A stretch of DNA of 64,000 nucleotides from Peribolospora baueri (lineage: Eukaryota), in NCBI GenBank assembly GCA_029717555.1, contig JAMDHS010000037.1, positions 1 to 64,000 of the forward strand, given 5' to 3'. A program made the translations under genes and the position numbers. Positions 35,547 through 44,792 of this stretch are shown here, piece after piece (positions within the stretch are counted from its first letter, which is position 1; the number at the start of each line of letters is the position of its first letter). The notes under the pieces were generated by a model. It was given only the letters and a program-made list of their open reading frames with translations. It had not been told where the DNA came from and searched no databases.

Positions 35547-38500
35547 ATGGCAGGTGAGCCATTCACCGTATTCTGTCCCCATGAAGTGCGAGGTAGACAT
35601 ACTTACCACCACCCCTCGCCCCTTTCATTGCAGCTGTCGATTACGATCTTGTGGTTATCGGCTCAGGATTCGCGGGCGTACGTTGGAGTGCTTTTTTTGC
35701 TGTTTTCCCTTGCACGAACAGGATCGCTGATCTATCCCCCGCTTGCTCACCCACATTTGCAGTGTATGACCACACTCAAATTCCTGGAGACGGTACAGGA
35801 GCTGGGGAAGAAGGCCAAGGTTCTGCTTGTCGAAGCAGGAAAGGATGGCGAGCGTTGTGGAGCCTCGTGAGTCAAAAAATAGAGTGCGTAGCACGTTTTG
35901 CCAGTTTCTCACTCGCTTTCTCTATTTGTTCCTCGTACGCCCTATTTATAGGCGTTGGACGGGAGCCTTCGTGAGTCAGGAGACGCTCTAGTGGAGTGCA
36001 GCGACAAGCGTCTGTCTTTGAGCCATGCACCCAGATGATCACACAGCCTAACTGAACGACTTTCTTCCGGCCTCGAATATGCAGCTCCGCCTTGACAACG
36101 ACCTCAACTTTGACAAGGATTGGGTTAAGTACATGCACAAGACGAGCAAAGGCCTTGCAGATCAAGAGTACTGTAAAAAGCTCACTGAAGTTCGTATTCA
36201 ACCTTAAAGCCTACACGCTTGTCACGAATCGTGCTCACATGCTTCACTTTGCTGCGTTCCTAACTTTATTTTGCAGCTCGCCGGCGACACCGCCAGGTAC
36301 ATTGAGGCCAAGGGCGTGAATCTTGTTCGCCATGAGGAAAAGGTCAGCTAGCATCGACCGACTTTTTTTGGGCTGATCCGCTTCTAATCATGCGCTGGCC
36401 TTCTAAACGTACACCCAACGACTTCAAAAAACCACAGCAAGTTGCTCTTGAGTTCGACACGAATGGAGTAGGTCACGACTCGGATGAGGGATTACGTCGA
36501 ACGCGTTCTGATGCTCGTTTCCTTCACTGCCTGTTTTCACTCTGGTTTTAGCATTGTGAGCTTATCGTTCCTATATGGTACATGCGTTGAGACAGGGTGA
36601 AGCCCTTCCATTCACCGTGCTATGCCCTTCTTTTTTCTCGAAACAGTCGTCTTCCCGAAGGGTGGAGGACTTGAGATTGTGACCAAGCTCATGGGTCACA
36701 TTCAGAAATATCCCAACTGTGATGTGTGGTGGGAGACCGCTGCGGAGAAGCTCGTGACGAATGATGAGGGAGCAATCACTGGAGTGGTAGTTCGTGGCAA
36801 GGATGGGAAGCTCAAGAGGGTTACAAGCCACCACGTGATGCTGGCCTGTGGCGGTTTCGAAGGCAACCCCGAAATGCTCACCCAGTACGTCGGGCCAAAC
36901 TCAGGTGAGGAATTTCAAGCAAGCTACGGCGCAGATGACTCTTAAAGCTGCTTCTTTCCACCTTTCCACGCCTAAGTACGCGCTGTTGACTAATACCCGC
37001 CAAATTTTCGCCGATACTTGCAGTGGACCTGCCGCTCATTGCCCCGGGCCTTAAATACGTGAGTTTTGAGCTTGTGCACCCAACCATTGTCCTGGCTCGC
37101 ACAACCATATTTACTAAACAAACAATTTTGTACGCCTGTCGCCTACAGAACCGTGAGTCCTCCTTTGCTGTCTCCCTCTCTCTCCTCTTCTCCACGCTCT
37201 AAAAAAATCCCCGGCGGCTTCATTGTGGCGTAAAAAGCTGACGTACGTTTCCTGCTCAAATCACCCTTTTCCAGAAGGCGCTGGTATTCGAATGGCCAAG
37301 GAGGTCGGCGCTGGGACCTCCGGTTCATACGACGGCATTCACGCCGAACTTGTCGACACTCGATCAAAGAAACCAGATGCAGTCGTATGGGGAAATGGGT
37401 GGGTTATATCTAGTTCACCCTTGCAAGACCCTAGGGTGCGTGTTCACGTCCAGCTCAATTTGGCATTCCTGATCGGGTCGAAACCCCACACCAACCCCGA
37501 TCTTCTAGCTATGGCATATTGGTCGACAAGAACTGCAAGCGCTTCTTTGATGAAGCGCATGCAGAATTGTTTGGATCATTTGAGCTTGCCGCGTACTATA
37601 CTTGGCGCGACGCGCAACAGCAGAGCTGGCTCATATTCGACAAGACCACCTTTGATCACTTCAAGCCTGGTTGGGTAAGTGTGCTCGTGGGCCTACGATC
37701 ATTTCCAGGAACTTTGGTCTACTTAGGAGCGCTCTCGCGTGACAGCTTGCATTCAGCGCATGCACCTTTGTTCTGCAACAGCCGTGACTGCTACGTTTCT
37801 GCATGAAGGGTTAATGCCGATCTAACTGACCACTTCCCTCACTCAGGTCTACGATACGACAGAGGTTCCTCCTGAGGAGGGCAAGACAATCGGCGAACTG
37901 GCTACTAAACTCGGACTTGACCCTCAAAAGCTGGAAGCTACAGTAGCTGAGTTCAACAATGCCTGTGACTCGACGAAACAGCTGAACTTCATGAAGCTCG
38001 ACGGGAAGGGTGAGTAATGGGCGCATAAATCGTGTCCACGTTTCACCACTTCTGACCTCTGCCCTTGTGCCATTTGATGAAGGGACGGAGGGCATTCATC
38101 CGCCCAAGAGCAACTGGGCTGAGCCCCTTTGCAAAGGACCGTTTTATGGCTATCCCCTGACAGCAAACATAACCTTCACTTACGGTGGGCAGCTGCGCTG
38201 TTGGCTCATGCTCGTTGACCTTTATCTCTCACTGAGTCATGTACGACACTGCATACGATCTATTTGTGTGCTGTGCGCTCCCTTTCCTTATAGGCGGCTT
38301 GAAAGCCAACCTGGACACGCAAGTACTCGCCGAAAACGGCTCCGTTATTCAGGGTCTCTACGCAGCTGGCGAGATCCACGGCTTGTGTGAGTAGACGAGC
38401 TAGCAGCTGCCTTCTTTCCTCCGCATGTGGCTTTGATATACGCGCGCGGAACCTGACTTTCCGCCGAACTCTGTTGCAGTCTACCATGAGTACCCTCCCG

Positions 38501-38655
38501 CGACGAGTGGTGAGAACCCGACTCCTCGGATCGCTGTTAGCGACCCTGTACTCACATAGACACATGATTGATTGTTGCGCGTCTGTATCGCAGTCTTGCG
38601 GTCGCTGGCGTTTGGCGGCGTCGCAGGCACTTTCATCGCCAAACAGCTCAAGTGA
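35547..38655 (+). CDS. FAD-dependent oxidoreductase, TcuA/CobZ (tricarballylate dehydrogenase) / fumarate reductase flavoprotein family; very many small exons
   Basis: DLVVIGSGFAG, GASRWTGAFLR, VMLACGGFEGNPEML, NQGAGIRMA, GIHAELVD, YGILVDKNCKRFFDE, PKSNWA, ITFTYGGL, GLYAAGEIHGLFYHEYP. Confidence 0.82.
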
Positions 38656-39749
38656 ACGTACTGGGACCAGTTCTAATCAAACGCAAAGCTGCCGCCTTTT
38701 TTCCTATTCCTCTGTTTCATCGCTACCGACAAATGTTTCTACAAATTTGTTTTGCTCTTTTAAAGTGTTTAGCCTAAGTGAGATATGCTGAATTCTATTC
38801 CGGTCACCGTGTCACATTCTCGTTCGTGAGGCTTGTGGGTGAGAGTGTCTATGTCTGATTGCCCGTGTAGTCCGTTACTGACCTGCAAGAACAGCTCAAG
38901 CTTCGTCATCTTGTTAATGATGACGAGCACGCTGTTCCCGTGGCTATCCCGATCGCCCCAACTCTATCGACATCCGTGACGGGGACTAGCGGGCGATGAA
39001 GTCGTCGGCCATCTGAGCCAGGTCAGCGCTTCTACTGGTTTTACCCGCCAGATCGCTGAGTGGAGAAGAGGACGAGGCTCAATGAGTAACTAGACAGGAT
39101 GCGTGTAGGCTGGTAGCGCGGACTTAGCACGATCCTTCGCATCCACTTCGTCAACGAGAGGGTAAATTGAGTAAGCCGACGTCGTGAGTCCTCGTGAGCT
39201 TGATGTTCTCATCGAACGCTCCGGACCGCACCTGCACTATCGCCTTTACGCCTTGTGGAAATCGGATTGCCGGGATTAGGGTCGTCTTCGCTGACTCGCC
39301 TGTCCACAGTCCTCACTGAGCGTTTTCCTCTGCGGATCTGTGGGAATTCGACCCCTTCGGTGGTATTAGGTGAACGGCCAGAGTAGGGAACATACGCATT
39401 GATAGTCCGAGTGACTGCAGTTGGAAAGGCTCGGTACCAGTCTCCTGATCCCCAGTCTAGTTCGTACTTGCGAGCAGAAGAGCTGCGACGCCCAACAGCG
39501 ATTGGGGGCCTCGAAGCAATGCCGGTAGTTACACCTGCCCCGTTGGGAGCTGCCTGCTTCGTCGGAACCGGCGCGTCAGCAATAGAATTTTTTTCGCCTC
39601 TCCGGGCCTCCCCAAAATCTGTACCCCATTCGACTGATACACGTGTACGCAGATTCCGAAAGTGGCCTCGATTTGCGCTCGCCCGGGCTCCCCGGCACAA
39701 ATAGACCGAATTCTCTAGGACCTCCACACTCCCAATCGACAGCGTAGAG

Positions 39750-39816
39750 GCAATATTCCACTCCACGCTTCCCTCGGCCCACACTTCACTCGGCAGTGCA
39801 ATATTCCACTCCACGC
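39750..39816. repeat. 19-bp direct repeat GCAATATTCCACTCCACGC x2
   Basis: Copies at 39750-39768 and 39798-39816, a partial third near 39824-39834, then a (TGTCG)n microsatellite. Confidence 0.85.
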
Positions 39817-40205
39817 CTCCCCCCGCAGTGCAATACTCAGGAGTGTTGTGTCGTGTCGTGTCGTGTCATCTCGTCGCCATCCTGGTTTGTCAGCTTTCAA
39901 GGCAGACCTCGTCACCGATGCGCCGCTCGCCTCTCTTATAGTACTCTCGGGCTGCACTCATCGCTCAGGTGGATCTGGAGCCTGTATTGCATGTAGCTCG
40001 CACCGGATGACAACCCTTATGCTCAACTCGATATCGTCCCTCGCAGTGCCCAGCACGGGAGCAAATGCAGTTCTTCGGGTAGAGAGGGAGACGAAGGAAC
40101 AGAGTGGGCCGATGCCTCGAGCCAGGCATGTTGGACCGAATCGGACATGGAAAGCGTTGGACACGACCCTCATCCTTACGCCATATTTGAGTTCAGGTCG
40201 CGCGA

Positions 40206-41923
40206 TCAGCGGAGTCCATCGGCAAGCAAACGCAGCCTTTCCAGAACAACGAAGGTGATGATAGTCTGAACAAGTCGATGACGGAGGAGTCCAAGTCAGC
40301 ACCGCCGCGCTACGATAGATAGTTTTCCCCATTTATTACCTACATCAACCTGACTTATGAGCTTACATTTGGCGACAGCCGAATCCATGCGGGTACCCAG
40401 CCGCGGAATAGTCCTCTTGGACCCTGTTCCTTGAGCAAAGCCAAGAGCGCGGCGCGGAAGCTGCTCAGCTGGGTGTTCGATTTCATTGCTCTTGCTTTGA
40501 GAACGCTTTAGTCGAACGGCGTCCACAGTTAACAAAAATATGTGTAAAACAGTTGAAAATTTAGCATAAAACCGCTTGGCGAAGTTGCCAGTGCATGTTT
40601 CCCATGCACATGTAGCAGCGGCTCTTCGCCTCCCATTTCAACGCCTACCGAGCCACTTACTCAAAGGGTGAGGACACGGTTGTCGCGATTGTGCCTGCGC
40701 AGAAAGAAGCACTAAAGTGGAGCTTGATGTCCTCTTCGAGTAGACCACATGATAACAGTAACCCCTTGAAGAAATCATACCTGTCCATGTAAGAGAGCCG
40801 ATAGGTATCGACGGGTCAGAGTGCAACAGCCGAAGAGGCAAAGTCAGCCTTGGTATGCCTACCTTTGTCCACCTCTAAAAAGCGGTACTTACGTTGCAAG
40901 TTGGCTGACATTCATCATTGCCGCCCGCATGGTGTTGGAAACGAGGCCCCGAAAGACGCTGGAAGGTCCCTCCGATTGAATCATTCTGGCCAGAGCATCA
41001 ACGCAGTGCCGATAGTCGTAACGCTGTCCAGGGAGAAACACGCCCGTAAGCCCCGGGCAACGAGTCGAGTGACAGCATGTGCACATAGGTCGGGAAATAA
41101 GGAGAGGTCAAGACGAATCAGCAAGGCGGACGAATAGCAAACCCCAGCAACCCCCAGGGACAGACACCTTTGCTGGGGGCTGATCAATATCTGAAGTCAT
41201 GCGGACCAGTGCAACGTCTGCGGATATTGGTGCAGCGGCGAGTGTATTGTCAGCAGGATAATACATATACTCCAGAGCGCGTTGCATCAAAGTCAAGACG
41301 ACACAGGAGGACGGAGCGCTAAGGCAATGCCTCTGGGTCTTTCTTGTCTTGGGCACCCAATCAAGAGTATGCAGTGCTCACCTGCCGGATTACCGACAAT
41401 CCCACCTGCAACGCCAGCAATCCCGGCACACAGCGCCATTTTCCAGAACGGAGGCGAGTCCCCCGATGTTTGAGAAGACTGGTGTAGTAATTGCTTCAGC
41501 TTTGCGTACGTGCCGAAACTGGAATAATCGCAAAACAGAACGAAAGAGTGAACAATTAGTAGCCTGTAGAAGCGCGATAGCCAGTGGAAGCGCGATAGCC
41601 TGTGGAAGCACGATGCTCCGAGGCTCCGGCCACAGGCGCCCTTCTTATTCTGATTTGGAGTCAAGCAACATTCGACTTTTAGGATACGATTCTTTGCGCT
41701 GTCCTCACCGTGTTACACCGTAAGTCATTTGTCTAAGGAGGCTCGCACTTAAACCTACATATAAGCCCCTCGCGCCGGCAGCTTTTGCCGTGCTGGCGAG
41801 CATTCCAAGAAGCTTGCCTTCTCCATGCCTTGTCTGCATCCTTGTCTTCACCAGGTCGAGCGGGTGGGTACAGCAGGCCGCAATGCAGCCGGAGACACCG
41901 CCAAGCAGGAAGTTGCCTGACAT
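40206..41923 (-). CDS. DIC1: Mitochondrial dicarboxylate carrier (SLC25A10/Dic1-like)
   Basis: THPLDLVKTRMQ, GLSASLLRQMTYGVTR, GNPADVALVRM, RAAMMNVSQLATYD, HFSASFCAG, SPFDVLKAR, WIRLSPNTIITF. Confidence 0.88.
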
Positions 41924-42160
41924 GGTTTGCTGCAAGTCAGTACTGGCAGTATGTTGTCGAAGTTCCAAGGGTGGTTGAGTCTTGATCGCCGCCACAATTT
42001 CCTGGGTGAAGTGGGACGGCTTGGGATCAACGATGGGTGGTATGCGTTGCGACTGGCGATATGACTCTCGCTTTTTAGGAACCACGCCAGTACGACGAAA
42101 ACGACACGACAGCTTTCCTTACCTCTGGCTTTCTCACAGCGGAGAAGCATTGCTGTGCAA

Positions 42161-42339
42161 TAAACGCCGCTTAAGCTGCAGTGCACCATATCATGTGTGA
42201 CTCTGCTGCGTGTTGTGCAAAAGGTAAATCTTAAAGCCGCAGAGGCTGTTACGGCTCTAGTGTTCCCTGCCGTTCGGTTCGGCTTTAACAATTGGCAGAC
42301 GTATCTTCTGTCTTCTGGTCCTGGTCCTAATAAACACCG
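42161..42339. promoter_or_regulatory. Four CGGYKTTWA motif copies upstream of the dicarboxylate carrier
   Basis: TAAACGCCG 42161, TTAAAGCCG 42231, CGGCTTTAA 42280, TAAACACCG 42331. Confidence 0.7.
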
Positions 42340-42460
42340 CGGGCGGCTAGTAGTAAACATGGGATTCCCAGCTTTCCTTAAGAGGGGGGGTAGATGTGTT
42401 TTGTATTCACCAGTGGCGACTCCGTCCTGGGACTGGACGGGAACGCCTGGGCCACGCATC

Positions 42461-43326
42461 TCAGCTCCTACCAGACTTTTGCGATTCGGACGTGGCTTGA
42501 GAACTTGTCGTGGCCAGGCGCTCGTGCTGGGTAGCTTTTTCGACGGGCTATGTGAAAGTAACAGCACGCATCCTGGTCAGTTTTCCATCTCTACCATCCT
42601 CGGAATTCTCCTGCAACGAGAGCGCCATCGCTATCTCACTTGTTCCCATGCGTTGCGGTTGACGGTGAAGATTTCAGCAGCCGGTCTGGGATAGCTGCCA
42701 GCTTCCGTGAGAGCGAACAGGCCGAGTTTTATCACTGTCTTTCCTGGCCGGCTAGGGCCAACAGTGTGAATAGGGGAGCCACACCCGCCGCAGAAGAAAC
42801 GGCTGGTCGTATTACCGCTATGAGTGTCGCTGTCACGGTCTGTAGGGACATTGAGCAAAATACTCCCTTAAGCTTATTGCCGGACCGTAAGTACCATTGA
42901 GGGGAGCAATGGACGCCAGGAGAGCAGGCGCAAGGAATATTACAGCAAGGTAGTAAGGACAATCAATGGGAAAACTCTTACATTCGCGTGGACTGCCCTT
43001 GATCTCGAGATCCTGCAACATCACCACTGTCACTAAGGAGAAGGCTACGAGGCCAGTGCAGAATCCAGGTGGTAGAGTCATTTGGTTAGAAGTGAAATTT
43101 TAGGTCATCTGCCAGCAAGTTCGGCGCTGTATTGTACCTGATCCAGCCGTAGTTTGGCAGTTTCTGCAGTGTAAGGACAGAAGCGCGTGAGCGATCAGGT
43201 GTGCCTCAATGATGAAAAAGGACGCATCGCTCACTTGCAGTGACACACCAAAGGCGTAAGTGGCAAGCTGCCATCCGAGACCGTAACCTGGATGTCACCG
43301 CATAAGCACCTTCCAATGAGAGGCAT
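42461..43326 (-). CDS. GFA / Mss4-like (CENP-V, DUF636) zinc-binding protein, multi-exon
   Basis: GRCLCGDI, VCHC-x-NCQ, RFFCGGCGSPI, KLGLF, EIFTVNRNAW. Confidence 0.85.
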
Positions 43327-44792
43327 GATAGGGTTGAGCCTGGACAAGAACGCCGGACTGGTCGACAGAGGGAGCGGCGCAAGGGATGAGAAGGCAAGCG
43401 CTGAGATCAGGTTTGCTTTGTGCGGGGCAACGGTGGGATGCGCATCGGAGCGAAGCTTCGGCGTATTTATCATAGCTGCCGTACTGCGGCGAGACTCTGT
43501 GACGTAGAGGCACTTCCAAAAACGGTCCAACGTCCTAATCGCCGCCACCTTCAACGATGCCTGCGCAAGCAGCCTAGAGGCTTCGAAGGCACTTACAATT
43601 TCACTCTGGCTGAGAAAAGAAAATGAAAGGAGAAAAACCTGCTTTTCCTAACTAACAGCTCAATGACGGGTCGAGGTTTTCGAGGCGCCGGCCGCCAACG
43701 GTCGCGTTAGGGGCATCTTTTCCTGAAATGGGCCTACATCGTCCTTTGCGATGGCGCTGCTGTGATCGAAGATTTGGCGAGGCGCTCATACCCTGGACTC
43801 CTGGTTTGAGCTTTGGCGATTTCAACACTGTGAGAGCCCGAGGGCCCGACTCTTAAGCCGTCATCCCTGCTTCCATTTCCATATCCTGCTCTTTCTCTTT
43901 TCGACGACAAATCTCTGGTTCCCTCTGGCAGAAAAGACGCACCTTGTTCCCCTGCGGCGGATGCGCGCCTAACCAGGTTGACCCCAAGCCGAATGCGAAC
44001 CAACCACCGGCCTTTGCGCTCGTGACGCACTGTTGTTACGAGTTTGGCGCTCACTCGCGTTGTGACGCTCTGTGGACGAGGCTGAGATGAACGCAAGGTC
44101 GGTTCTTGCGGTATTACCAGCTGAGACGACCTGATAGGCGCGACGGCGTTTACTCGCGCGGCTTTTACTCGCGCGGCTTTGGGAACCCTATCGCCGATGG
44201 AGCGTCACGTGCGGAACAGCAGCTATCCCTGCTCTCCCAATCTCCTCCCCGCAAAAAGCCCACACCTGCGATTGGCCGTCGAGATGGGAGACAAGCCTAT
44301 GGCCGCAGATGAGGAATAGAGTGAGACAGAGGTAGACATGTGTCTCAGAGGAAGGCTCTTTTTTGACTTTGAGCCCTTCCTATCTTCTATACAGGGAACC
44401 ACTGGTCTCTCAACAGGAGCACATGTTTTAATTTTTTTTTTTTTTTCCTTCTCCTTCTCCTTCCCCATCGCGCGCGTATGGTTTGTCTATGAGAAAAGGG
44501 GACCATTTTCACGCATCATGGTGCAAGATGGGCAAGGCGACACAAGGTTAACCGTCCCGGAGGAAAGGACGAATTGAGTGACGTTGGCCAAGGCGCGGAC
44601 GTGAAGGGAAAGTGTGGAAAAGATAGTGATGCATGGATAGAGAGACAGGACACAAATACATATTGACGGACAATAACAGTGCAATGGGGGTGAACGAGCG
44701 ACGACAGAAGCAAAGCTGCAAAGACCCAGACCGAGAAACAAACCGAGGAACAAACCGGAACAAAACAAGCTAAAGAAAGAAAACAAAGACAG

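Noticed and set aside
39129..39161. Peptide TILRIHFVNER resembling ILRIHFANE in the F-box gene
   Set aside because: Only about 9 residues match and the flanks do not align; cannot be distinguished from chance without a search.
39209..39814. 201-aa minus-strand ORF with repeated EWNIA
   Set aside because: The peptide repeat is just the translation of the 19-bp DNA repeat; it starts at a non-ATG codon and has no domain signal.
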